From: Candidatus Woesearchaeota archaeon
Lineage (GTDB): Archaea; Nanobdellota; Nanobdellia; SCGC-AAA011-G17; GW2011-AR20
Reading direction: 5' to 3'
Assembly (NCBI GenBank): GCA_964419925.1
Contig: CAYQPR010000001.1
Span: 34,865-98,864, forward strand
DNA: 64,000 nt
Below the pieces are notes generated by a model. That model saw only the letters and a program-made list of their open reading frames with translations. It was not told where the DNA came from and did no database searches. Numbering within the stretch: the stretch's first letter is position 1; each line of letters opens with the position of its first letter. The translations under genes and the position numbers were made by a program. Positions 51,502 through 60,204 of the stretch are shown here, one piece after another.

Positions 51502-52164
51502 TTAGTTCATTAACAAAAATTTTTCTAATAATCTAAATCCAGTTAATCCCTTGAATTTACCTCCTGGAATTTTTACACACAACTCTAATTCAGAATGTGA
51601 GATTTTGTCTACAATAATATTTATAGCATTATTAAGGTGTTGCCCTCCTTTAAAACCTGAAAATAGAAATGTCATCTTTTTAACAAAATCATCTGATCTA
51701 GAATAAATATTTACGACTTTTATTTTTTTTGGAAATTCTATCTTTTTGTTTGCATTGATGGAGCTAACAAGAATTAATTTTTCTGGAAAATTTTTTATTT
51801 TTTTCTCGCTAAAAACTTTTTGTATTAGATGTCCTCCAAAACTAAAACAGATTATATCATATGGTTTATTTAATGTTTTTAAAGTTTTTTCTATAACTTT
51901 TGTGTTGGATGGCTCAAGAATATTAATAATCCTTCTTCGATATTTAATAAAATAAATATTATCATAATGTTTCGATAATCTGTCGATAAGAATCTTATAG
52001 CCACTATCTGGGTTTGATTTTAAACCAAAATAACTACGTAAAGAATTATATATTTTTCTCAGTATAACATTTTTTAAATTTAAATGTCTTGCTCCAGGTA
52101 TAATAACGAGATCTTTATTTTTTGAATTAGTTTTTATCATTTTAGATAAAAATAAAGTAGGCAC
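51502..52164 (-). CDS. alpha/beta-hydrolase-like protein
   Basis: GxSxG nucleophile elbow (ICFSFGGHL). Confidence 0.4.
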   Translation of the reverse strand: MPTLFLSKMIKTNSKNKDLVIIPGARHLNLKNVILRKIYNSLRSYFGLKSNPDSGYKILIDRLSKHYDNIYFIKYRRRIINILEPSNTKVIEKTLKTLNKPYDIICFSFGGHLIQKVFSEKKIKNFPEKLILVSSINANKKIEFPKKIKVVNIYSRSDDFVKKMTFLFSGFKGGQHLNNAINIIVDKISHSELELCVKIPGGKFKGLTGFRLLEKFLLMN

Positions 52165-52417
52165 TTACCACTAAAATTACTAGTACCAGTAAGAATATTG
52201 TTAAAGCTCTATTTGAATCCCAATCTTTTACGTCTCTTCTCTCAGAAGTTAATTCATCATTTCTTGTTCTATTTTCATCAGTTGTTTTATCGGCTCTAGA
52301 TCTTCTCTCAGAAGTTAATTCATCGTTTCTCGTCCGATTGTCTTTTGTTATTTTGTCTATCGTCTCTCTTCTTTCCATTGTTGCTAGGTCATTTTTCATT
52401 CTTTGATTGTTTGTCAT
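52142..52417 (-). CDS. small repeat-containing protein with a C-terminal TM anchor
   Basis: Internal tandem repeat (DNRTRNDELTSERRSRADKTT / DENRTRNDELTSERRDVKDW), then the TM segment IFLLVLVILVVSAYFIFI. Confidence 0.3.
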   Translation of the reverse strand: MTNNQRMKNDLATMERRETIDKITKDNRTRNDELTSERRSRADKTTDENRTRNDELTSERRDVKDWDSNRALTIFLLVLVILVVSAYFIFI

Positions 52418-52517
52418 TGTTTTTGTTTATCCCCCAACGTATACCGGTCAATTAACTATATATAATCGCGTAGTAGTTAGATATAATTGTTGTACGATAA
52501 AATACTTTACTTGAATA

Positions 52518-52832
52518 TTAAATTACTTTTTTAGAATAAACCCAAAGGGTGTTATAAAGATCAAGATATTCTCTTGCAATAATATCATTTTCGATTACAA
52601 TTGTGTGAATTGGATCAATCCAAAGAGTAATGTAGACACATTCCCCACATACAATTTGGGTTATTTGGGAAACCTTTGATTGTTGATTCTTAGGAAGAAG
52701 TCTCGCTTCTGTAAATTTTAGTTTACTCAGCATTTTAATCTCTTCTTCAGGAACTTTATAAAAAAGTAATTTAAGCTCGATGCTTTTTTTTATTCTTTCA
52801 AGGTGAAAGGAATGCATTAATCTATCATTCAA
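52518..52832 (-). CDS. hypothetical protein
   Basis: 104-aa ORF. Confidence 0.3.
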   Translation of the reverse strand: MNDRLMHSFHLERIKKSIELKLLFYKVPEEEIKMLSKLKFTEARLLPKNQQSKVSQITQIVCGECVYITLWIDPIHTIVIENDIIAREYLDLYNTLWVYSKKVI

Positions 52833-52871
52833 TATATTAATTATATTTTCGTTTTCTGCAAGACCATATAT

Positions 52872-53273
52872 TCAAATTTCTGAATTTTTTTCTAGTAGAC
52901 CAAATAAAATGCCCTTTACTACATTTAATCCTTCAAGCGTATAAACTTTTGGAGTTTTGCCCGATACATAAGTTTTTTTAATATAATTCATTGCTGATTT
53001 TAAGTTTTCTAGTTTATCTTTTTCTTCATTAAAAATTAAATCAGGTTGTAGTGCAACAAATATTTGTTTTCCGTCTTTATTCGAGAGATAAATAAGATTT
53101 TTTTCTTTAAGTTTTGTTAAAATATCATATACATTAGTCCTATGCATTTTTGTTCTTTTTGAAACTTGTGTTGCATTGGAATTTTTATTTTTTAGAATAT
53201 CAAGATAAACAATCGTCTGCATTTTTGGTATGCCTATCGATTCAAAAGCCTTTAAGATATTTTCATCAGTCAT
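52872..53273 (-). CDS. TrmB/MarR-like winged-helix transcriptional regulator
   Basis: N-terminal HTH (IVYLDILKNKNSNATQVSKRTKMHRTNVYDILTKLKEKNLI). Confidence 0.45.
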   Translation of the reverse strand: MTDENILKAFESIGIPKMQTIVYLDILKNKNSNATQVSKRTKMHRTNVYDILTKLKEKNLIYLSNKDGKQIFVALQPDLIFNEEKDKLENLKSAMNYIKKTYVSGKTPKVYTLEGLNVVKGILFGLLEKNSEI

Positions 53274-53361
53274 AATAACTCTAAAATATTGTGTTATATA
53301 GGCTTTTCTATTTGAACTTTCATTAAGATTTATATATTATAAAATTTTATTTATTTTGAAA

Positions 53362-53433
53362 CGCCCTGACCGGGATTCGAACCCGGGTTGCTACCGTGAC
53401 AGGGTAGAGTCCTAACCACTAGACTATCAAGGC
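53362..53433 (-). tRNA. tRNA-Asp (GUC)
   Basis: Hand fold: GCCTTGA-TA-GTCT-AGTGGTTA-GGAC-T-CTACC-CTGTCAC-GGTAG-CAAC-CCGGG-TTCGAAT-CCCGG-TCAGGGC-G. Confidence 0.8.
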
Positions 53434-53459
53434 CTACTGATGAGAAATTTGGTTTATTT

Positions 53460-54107
53460 TTAAAGTTTGTTATTTAAACCCTGGATGAGTTTTTCTTGTT
53501 TTCTTTTAAGATTAAATCCAATAAGTTTACTAAACTTTTTAACTTCCTTTTTTCTATTTACAACGATTGCAAAGACGTTTCTTTTTAAACCATATCCTTT
53601 AGCTAGTCTGGAATAAATACCAAATTTTTCTAATAAACTTTTTAGCTGTAAAAGACCTTTTTTATTTATAGAATATAACCTAATTTCAATACTATTTGTT
53701 TTATTATTACAAATTACCGAACCTTCGTCGTCATAAAATGCCCTTAGGAATTCTGTTTTAATTTTATTACTTGACTTTTTTATTTGATTTGGTAAACTCC
53801 AATTATAGGATCTATAATTTCCATATCTTAGTAAGTCTTCATAAACTTTTTTTGAATATAAATTAACAAATGGTATCCATTCATTTGTTTTTCCAGAAGG
53901 ATTTAATCCTCTTGTCATTTTTAGCCCATATACTAAATAAATATCTTTTTCAAAATTTTTTAACGATTCTTCGTCTTTGACTTCGTATCTTATGCGATAA
54001 TTATGTCTGCTTTTATTTATCGAACCATCTGCCATAAGTCTTGCGATTATTCTTGCTTTTGGAATTGAAAGCATAAAACTATTTTGACGAATAAGATTTA
54101 TTCTCAT
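53460..54107 (-). CDS. free-standing LAGLIDADG-type homing-endonuclease-like protein (two motifs)
   Basis: IIARLMADGSI and LRAFYDDEGSV match the two LAGLIDADG motifs at ~100-aa spacing. Confidence 0.5.
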   Translation of the reverse strand: MRINLIRQNSFMLSIPKARIIARLMADGSINKSRHNYRIRYEVKDEESLKNFEKDIYLVYGLKMTRGLNPSGKTNEWIPFVNLYSKKVYEDLLRYGNYRSYNWSLPNQIKKSSNKIKTEFLRAFYDDEGSVICNNKTNSIEIRLYSINKKGLLQLKSLLEKFGIYSRLAKGYGLKRNVFAIVVNRKKEVKKFSKLIGFNLKRKQEKLIQGLNNKL

Positions 54108-54199
54108 TATCTAATAAAACAAATTTTTATTTATAAATCCGACCCGCGAGGTTGTCACTTGGACAGTTGGGAAATAAAGTGTATTTTAGAGAATATAAA

Positions 54200-54351
54200 T
54201 CCCCACAGCCGGATTTGAACCAGCGACCTCACGGGATCTGCTGTCTGTTTTTCATTCCTGGTCAAAAACCTTAGGTCAAACAGCGCTCTTTTAAGCTACA
54301 GCCATCTAAGCCATATTTTATATGTGTGCTCTACCGCTGAGCTATGTGGGG
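54200..54351 (-). tRNA. intron-containing tRNA (~80-nt insertion between D-arm and variable region); anticodon not resolved by eye
   Basis: Perfect 5' CCCCACA-TA-GCTC-AGCGGTA-GAGC ... and 3' AGGTC-GCTGG-TTCAAAT-CCGGC-TGTGGGG-A halves, with the acceptor stem pairing across 152 nt. Unusual C1-G72 pair. Confidence 0.5.
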
Positions 54352-54392
54352 AATAGTAAGTTACAAATAAATTTATTTATAAATCTAACTTT

Positions 54393-55004
54393 TTAGAGAC
54401 AAACTCTATTTTCACTGCAGCCATTACAATAATCTTCAAAAACAAAAACTCTATTTTCACATTTTAATAAACAACCTTTATTTTCACAATTTTCCAAAGG
54501 ATATTGAAGTGAACATACTTCTTCATCATTTATAGGATCACATGTTTTATCAATGTAAACTTTATTGTTTATTTTTGTTATAAATATCTCATTACCTGGA
54601 GAAAAATATAAACTATCTCCGTTTTTATCTACATTTACATTTGTTGCCATTAATTTTGCATAATCAACTTTATTAAAGTTTATGCTTAACTCTCGATTAC
54701 CTGTCCCTTTTAGATTCAAAGAATATTCTTGTTTATTTATTTTATTTGGCAATGTTAATATTTTAGTGTATCCATTTTCAACTCTTGAAGCAATGTTTAT
54801 CTCATTTCTTAAACTTTCTAATAAATCGGTTCCTGCAATAGTATCCCTTCTTTTAAAAGTTAAGTTGAAATAATTATATGAAATTACTAAATAAACCGTT
54901 AATAAAATAAAGGCAGCTGCGACAAAAAATATAAATTCAGTTGATACCTGGCCTTTTTTCATTTTAAGTACATTCACAGTTTGCATCACTGCATGTTTTT
55001 TCAA
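54393..55004 (-). CDS. archaeal type IV pilin-like protein (class III signal peptide) with a Cys-rich C-terminal domain
   Basis: KKGQVSTEF followed by a hydrophobic helix matches the euryarchaeal prepilin peptidase site (KGQ|xSxEF). The probable start is the Met 14 codons in. Eight Cys in the last 50 aa. Confidence 0.55.
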   Translation of the reverse strand: MKKHAVMQTVNVLKMKKGQVSTEFIFFVAAAFILLTVYLVISYNYFNLTFKRRDTIAGTDLLESLRNEINIASRVENGYTKILTLPNKINKQEYSLNLKGTGNRELSINFNKVDYAKLMATNVNVDKNGDSLYFSPGNEIFITKINNKVYIDKTCDPINDEEVCSLQYPLENCENKGCLLKCENRVFVFEDYCNGCSENRVCL

Positions 55005-55512
55005 TTATCCATACACTATTTTCACATTTTAATTGGCATGAACTTCCTTTGCAAGCTTTATAACTTTCTGGAGTTTTACATTCTAAATTGTTATCTTCAC
55101 ATGGAATTTGAACTAAAACACTATCGCCTAAAGATTTTACAACTATTTTTTTCTTGCCTTGTGTTAATGGAATTTCCCCATATGAGAATAAATTTACCTC
55201 GGCTTGCTTTACAATGTCTATAATTTTTCCTTCTTTATTTCTAATTTTAAAAATAACTTCTTTATTGTTAAAACTTATACTTTCAATATTTTCTGGAAAA
55301 TTAGTATCAATCACTAATTGATTACCTTCTCCATAAACATAAACCTCATTTGCTTTTTTGCTTATTTCGTTTGCTATTGACGAAACTTTTGCTGTTGTAA
55401 TTGAATAATCACTTTCGTTTGAATATTTTACATAGATGTAGGTTATTGGAATCATAATGAGAATAACTAGTCCTGCAACAACTAAATATTCTGTAGCAAC
55501 TTGCGCTTTCAA
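54964..55512 (-). CDS. archaeal type IV pilin-like protein, paralogue, with a Cys-rich C-terminal domain
   Basis: MKAQVATEY plus hydrophobic helix. Its C-terminus shares the C(Q/L)LKCEN(S/R)V(W/F) motif with the neighbouring pilin. Confidence 0.55.
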   Translation of the reverse strand: MKAQVATEYLVVAGLVILIMIPITYIYVKYSNESDYSITTAKVSSIANEISKKANEVYVYGEGNQLVIDTNFPENIESISFNNKEVIFKIRNKEGKIIDIVKQAEVNLFSYGEIPLTQGKKKIVVKSLGDSVLVQIPCEDNNLECKTPESYKACKGSSCQLKCENSVWIIEKTCSDANCECT

Positions 55513-55565
55513 GATATCACCTCTTAAATATTAATTAAAATTAGTATATAAAACTAATCTTTTAT

Positions 55566-55919
55566 TTAAATGAGATTTCTTTCTTCTCTCCATTCGTTTA
55601 CTTTTAATTTGCAATACTCTTTGAAATTTGGATGATCATCTAAACCCAACCCATAATATTTCCAAACAATTTTTTTATTTTCAAAAGTTAGAACCTCAAC
55701 TCTTTCTAAGTCATTTACAGGAATATTAAAATAATCATCTAGAAATCTTATTATTGCTTCTGTGAAACCATTTTTATAACTAAATCTATTTTCTTTTGCT
55801 ATATTTTTAAAATTTTCAAAGTAATGCGATAAGGCTAACTTTTCACCCCATGTTAATTGGAAACCATAAATGTCCTCTATCCATCTTTCCCCCGCTTTTA
55901 ATTCCTTAAAATTAGTCAT
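55566..55919 (-). CDS. hypothetical cytoplasmic protein in the pilin/ABC operon
   Basis: 117-aa ORF, 1-nt spacing to the upstream gene. Confidence 0.3.
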   Translation of the reverse strand: MTNFKELKAGERWIEDIYGFQLTWGEKLALSHYFENFKNIAKENRFSYKNGFTEAIIRFLDDYFNIPVNDLERVEVLTFENKKIVWKYYGLGLDDHPNFKEYCKLKVNEWREERNLI

Positions 55920-55920
55920 T

Positions 55921-56634
55921 TTATATATCTTTAAAAAAATTATGAAATTTAATCAAATCATCAATTAAATTAGTTTCTTCTAAATTTTTAGTAATTTTTC
56001 TTAAACCTATTTTACTTCCGGTGTAAATTGGAGATTGATTAAATTGAGTTGTTAAAACCGTTTCAAATTCATGTATTAATCTTGGAAACGCGTTATAGTA
56101 TTCACCCTCGTGTTTTATATTTCTAATATCTATTTCTCTGAATGGTTTATTTATTATTGATTTGGCTAATTTTCTTGATAAATCTAAAACTTCATTTGCA
56201 GTGAATACCGTTATTTCATCTTTAATTGCATCTATCTTCCATTCATCTCCCTCTTGAACGTCTAAATATTTTAATAATAATTCTTTTGTAGAAAATATCC
56301 CTCCAAGATAAAATTCTTTTTTTATAATATAATGTCCATCTACCTTATTCAAATTTATTGATCCAATACCTAGAATTGGCGGAAATAAATTTTTATATTT
56401 ACTGTCTCCTAAACTTTTGCTTCCAATTAAAGTAAACAATCTATGAATATCACTTTTATCTTTTTTGAATCCATATTTTGTTATGAATGAATTATCATTA
56501 TTTTCTGATTCTTTGTAATTAATATTAATTCCATGAGTTAATAAATTTAATTTTACTGAAATTAAGCAAGATTCTAAATCTTTTATTTCTTCCTTTGTAA
56601 ATGCTTGATAAATTGTTTTTGCCATTTTATTCAT
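55921..56634 (-). CDS. hypothetical cytoplasmic protein in the pilin/ABC operon
   Basis: 237-aa ORF overlapping the permease gene by 8 nt. Confidence 0.3.
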   Translation of the reverse strand: MNKMAKTIYQAFTKEEIKDLESCLISVKLNLLTHGININYKESENNDNSFITKYGFKKDKSDIHRLFTLIGSKSLGDSKYKNLFPPILGIGSINLNKVDGHYIIKKEFYLGGIFSTKELLLKYLDVQEGDEWKIDAIKDEITVFTANEVLDLSRKLAKSIINKPFREIDIRNIKHEGEYYNAFPRLIHEFETVLTTQFNQSPIYTGSKIGLRKITKNLEETNLIDDLIKFHNFFKDI

Positions 56635-57811
56635 ACCTTAATGCATCAACTGGTTTTAATTTTGAAGCTTGATATGCCGGCAAAAATCCCGAAAGCATTC
56701 CGATAACAAATGCAAAAAATAATCCAAACAACAATAAAGGAAGTTCTAATTTAACACTTAATAAAAATCCAGCACTTTTAGCAATTGTTTGCGTTGAAAA
56801 AGCAATTATAACTCCCAAAGAGGTTCCAAAAAATCCACCAACTAAACCCATTAAACCAGATTCGATTAAAAATATTTGTAAAATGTCTGAATTTCTTGCA
56901 CCAATCGCCTTCATTACTCCAATATCTTTAGTTCTTTCTAAAACGCTTGTGTACATTGAATTCATAATTCCTATTGCTCCGACAACTAATGAAATTAAAG
57001 CTATTCCAACTAAGACCACTTGCATTATACCCAAGACCTGATTTATTTGTTCTAAGATTTGTGTTGCTGTTAATACTTGAAAATTAGTATCATTTCTTTT
57101 TCTTTCCAATTCTTTTTCTATTTTCTTTTGTAATTCAGGTATATCTGAAGCAGATTTAACTTGAGCTAAAATTGTATCAACTTTATCTTTTTCATTAAAA
57201 ATATCCCTCGCATCTTCTAAAGAAATTCCAATTTGATTATCATCTTGGCTACTTCCTGTTTCTTTCCAGATTCCTATAATTTTAAATTCTTTTTTATTTA
57301 TCTCTATTTTATCCCCAATTCTTAATTCTTTTTTGAACATTTCTTTTGAAACCCTTGAACCAATTACCGCAGAATATTTATCATGTTCTTTAATCATTCT
57401 TCCTTGTTCCAACTCTCCACCAGAATCTTTTATGAACTGCTCATAACCTTTTGAGGGGATTGCATTAATTAAGGTAAATCCCGTTTCTTTATTTTTTTTA
57501 ACTTCAGATGATCTAAACAATGCAGGAGTCACATATTTAAAACCCGAAATTTTTTCTATGGTCTCTACATCTTCTTGTGTTAATCCTTGTGAGGCCGATC
57601 CTGGACCCTGAAATCCTTTTGCTGAGATTATAATTCTATTTGCACCAAATGTTTCAAATTGTTCTTTAATTGAGTTTTCTAAACCTCTAGAAATCATCAT
57701 TAAAGAAATGATTGAAGCTACCCCAATAATTATTCCAATTATTGTAAGCCATGATCTTAGTTTTCTATGTATTATGCTATTTACAGCAAAAGCAAAATAA
57801 TCTCTAATCAT
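56627..57811 (-). CDS. ABC transporter permease, MacB/FtsX type
   Basis: N-terminal TM, large extracytoplasmic domain, C-terminal 3-TM FtsX bundle (MKAIGARNSDILQIFLIESGLMGLVGG). Confidence 0.8.
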   Translation of the reverse strand: MIRDYFAFAVNSIIHRKLRSWLTIIGIIIGVASIISLMMISRGLENSIKEQFETFGANRIIISAKGFQGPGSASQGLTQEDVETIEKISGFKYVTPALFRSSEVKKNKETGFTLINAIPSKGYEQFIKDSGGELEQGRMIKEHDKYSAVIGSRVSKEMFKKELRIGDKIEINKKEFKIIGIWKETGSSQDDNQIGISLEDARDIFNEKDKVDTILAQVKSASDIPELQKKIEKELERKRNDTNFQVLTATQILEQINQVLGIMQVVLVGIALISLVVGAIGIMNSMYTSVLERTKDIGVMKAIGARNSDILQIFLIESGLMGLVGGFFGTSLGVIIAFSTQTIAKSAGFLLSVKLELPLLLFGLFFAFVIGMLSGFLPAYQASKLKPVDALRYE

Positions 57812-58631
57812 GTTTTTTCTTTTTTAATTTTTTGTAAATGAAGAAAATTAATATGATGATTAATATTGGAATTAAGATTGTTAAAAGACTACTTTGTTTT
57901 ACTAATCCTAATTGTTTTGCTTCTTCTTCACTGTAAACTTTTAGTGTTAAATATTTGTTTTCTGTAAACTCGTTGTTATTAGAATCTTTGTAATTAATCA
58001 TTAAGTTTAACTGAGGATTCTTAATCTTTGGAATTATGTTGTATTCTGCAGTTTCAAAATCATCTACATCAATCTGTCCGATATAAATTGAATTTGGAGA
58101 TAATGATTCGTAAGCTTGACTATCCTGCAATGTTATCTTTAGGAACTTTATTTGACTTAATCCATTATTAATTAATTTTAATGTTACTTTTCCGTTATCA
58201 TTTATTTTTACTAATGTTGATTCTTCTAAAATTAAATCTAATTTTGCTTTTGCATTTACTTCCAAGCTAATTAATGAATCTTTTGTGATGTTATCGTATG
58301 ATATCTTTATTGGAATTTTATATATTTGTGATTCTGCACTTGGTAAAGCAACTAAATCAAAATAGATTATAACTTGGTCTTCATCATTGATCTCATCAAT
58401 TATTTTTTCTGTTGAAGATCTTAATGGTGCAAAAGGAACTTGTGATAAATCCAATTTGACTAAGACATTTTTAATGTCTTGATCTCCAACATTTTCTAAT
58501 ACCACTTTTAATTGAATTGATTCTCCTGGTGAAACTTGACTAGGAAATGTTTCAAACGAACTGATTGCTATTTGTGCATTTACAAATGGCATTAATAACA
58601 ATGCTAATATTATTGTGATTATTTTTTTCAT
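57804..58631 (-). CDS. exported beta-rich protein with a C-terminal TM anchor (COG1361/CARDB-like partner of the FtsX permease)
   Basis: Signal peptide, ~230-aa beta-strand-rich ectodomain, C-terminal TM followed by KKLKKKKHD. Confidence 0.45.
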   Translation of the reverse strand: MKKIITIILALLLMPFVNAQIAISSFETFPSQVSPGESIQLKVVLENVGDQDIKNVLVKLDLSQVPFAPLRSSTEKIIDEINDEDQVIIYFDLVALPSAESQIYKIPIKISYDNITKDSLISLEVNAKAKLDLILEESTLVKINDNGKVTLKLINNGLSQIKFLKITLQDSQAYESLSPNSIYIGQIDVDDFETAEYNIIPKIKNPQLNLMINYKDSNNNEFTENKYLTLKVYSEEEAKQLGLVKQSSLLTILIPILIIILIFFIYKKLKKKKHD

Positions 58632-58873
58632 ATTTCTTCCTCCATTGCTTCCGGGTCTAGAAAAAATTCTAAACTTTTTGGAAACTCTTCATTGCTAGTA
58701 TTTAATTTCCATAATAATAATTCGACATTTCTATCAATATATTCTTTGTTTTTTTCAGAAAATGTCATAAATTGATTATCATTTTTTAATTCTTCAAATA
58801 ATTTATAATTTTCTGATTTGTATACTGATTCATATAGATTTTCTTTATTTTTATAAAACAAAACTGCATCCAT
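58628..58873 (-). CDS. small hypothetical protein
   Basis: 81 aa, between the ATPase and the exported protein, with overlapping stop and start. Confidence 0.3.
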   Translation of the reverse strand: MDAVLFYKNKENLYESVYKSENYKLFEELKNDNQFMTFSEKNKEYIDRNVELLLWKLNTSNEEFPKSLEFFLDPEAMEEEI

Positions 58874-58874
58874 T

Positions 58875-59546
58875 TTAACTCGCGATCCTCCCGTCTCTTA
58901 ATTTTATGATTTTATTTCCTAATTTTGTTAATTCAGGATTATGTGTAACTAAGATTATTGTTTTTCCTTTTTTATTTAAATTTTTCAATAAAGCCATGAT
59001 TTCATCTCCGGTTTTAGTATCTAAGTTTCCTGTTGGTTCATCAGCTAAAATTATTTCTGGATCATTTACTAAGGCTCTTGCAATCGCAACTCTTTGTCTT
59101 TGTCCGCCGGATAATTGACTTGGTAAATGATTGGTTCTATTTCCTAAACCAACTAGTTCTAAAACATCTTTGGCTTTTCTTAATTTAATATTTCTTGGAA
59201 CATTTTGAAATGTCATAGGTAAAATTACATTTTCTAATGCAGTTAAACTTGGAATGAGGTTAAATGTCTGAAATATAAAACCAATTTTCTTTCCCCTTAT
59301 TTGAGCTAAATCACTTTCGTGTAAATGAGCAATATTATCTTTTTCTAAATAAATTTCACCTTTTGTTGCAGTGTCTAGACATCCAACCATGTTCATTGCT
59401 GTACTTTTTCCAGAGCCTGAAGGACCCATTATAATTGCAAAGTCTCCTTTATTGATATTTAATGAAATTCCATTTAAAGCAGGAACTTCAACTTCGTCTA
59501 ATTTGTATATTTTATATACTTCGTCTAATTTGATTAATGTAGTCAT
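58875..59546 (-). CDS. ABC transporter ATP-binding protein (MacB/LolD-like)
   Basis: Walker A GPSGSGKST, signature LSGGQRQRVAIARAL, Walker B ILADEPTGNLD. Confidence 0.9.
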   Translation of the reverse strand: MTTLIKLDEVYKIYKLDEVEVPALNGISLNINKGDFAIIMGPSGSGKSTAMNMVGCLDTATKGEIYLEKDNIAHLHESDLAQIRGKKIGFIFQTFNLIPSLTALENVILPMTFQNVPRNIKLRKAKDVLELVGLGNRTNHLPSQLSGGQRQRVAIARALVNDPEIILADEPTGNLDTKTGDEIMALLKNLNKKGKTIILVTHNPELTKLGNKIIKLRDGRIAS

Positions 59547-59628
59547 GATTTTAGTGTTACATAGAGATTTATAAAGGTTTTGGTGTAATCTTTATTATAA
59601 AGTGGTAACATAACGAAAAGTTTAAATA

Positions 59629-60204
59629 TTGGTTAATTTAAGATTTTTTATGGCCGAATTGAATAAAAATAAATTAAGCGTAAAAGAGCAAATTGAATCT
59701 TTTTCAGATATTGGAAGGCTGGAGTTAGCTTTAGTTAAGGAACCTAGGTGTTTGATTGAGGATAATACCTTTGAAAGAGGTTCTGATTTTGTAACTCCAT
59801 GTAATCGGCAAGGTCATTTTAGAATTCATACACATACACCTGAAGGGGATGGATCTTTTTTGAATTTTAATCATGTTCCTAGCATTCCAGACCTTGTTGG
59901 AGACTTTTCTGAATCTAAGCTATATAACGGAAAAAAATTTGTTATTGTTGCTACAAACGTTGATGATAAGGTTATTGGTTATTTTGTTTATTCACCTAAA
60001 TTTAAAAAGGATTTATACTTAAAAATAACTAACCCAATAAGGAGACTATTTCCTCATTCGAAATATTCTTTAAATTCGTACGAATCTTATTATAAAAAAG
60101 AATTGAAACGATTAGGAATCTCTTATAATTCAAGAGCATTTGCTATGCCGGGTTATTTATGGGATGATAATAAAAAAATATTTAGAGAAAAAAAACTAAA
60201 ATGA
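59629..60204 (+). CDS. hypothetical protein
   Basis: 191-aa ORF. Confidence 0.3.
   Translation: MVNLRFFMAELNKNKLSVKEQIESFSDIGRLELALVKEPRCLIEDNTFERGSDFVTPCNRQGHFRIHTHTPEGDGSFLNFNHVPSIPDLVGDFSESKLYNGKKFVIVATNVDDKVIGYFVYSPKFKKDLYLKITNPIRRLFPHSKYSLNSYESYYKKELKRLGISYNSRAFAMPGYLWDDNKKIFREKKLK

Noticed and set aside
54200-54351. Box C/D sRNA within the long tRNA intron, as in euryarchaeal tRNA-Trp.
   Set aside because: I could not find convincing C (RUGAUGA) and D (CUGA) boxes in the intron. Only a weak AATGAA is present.
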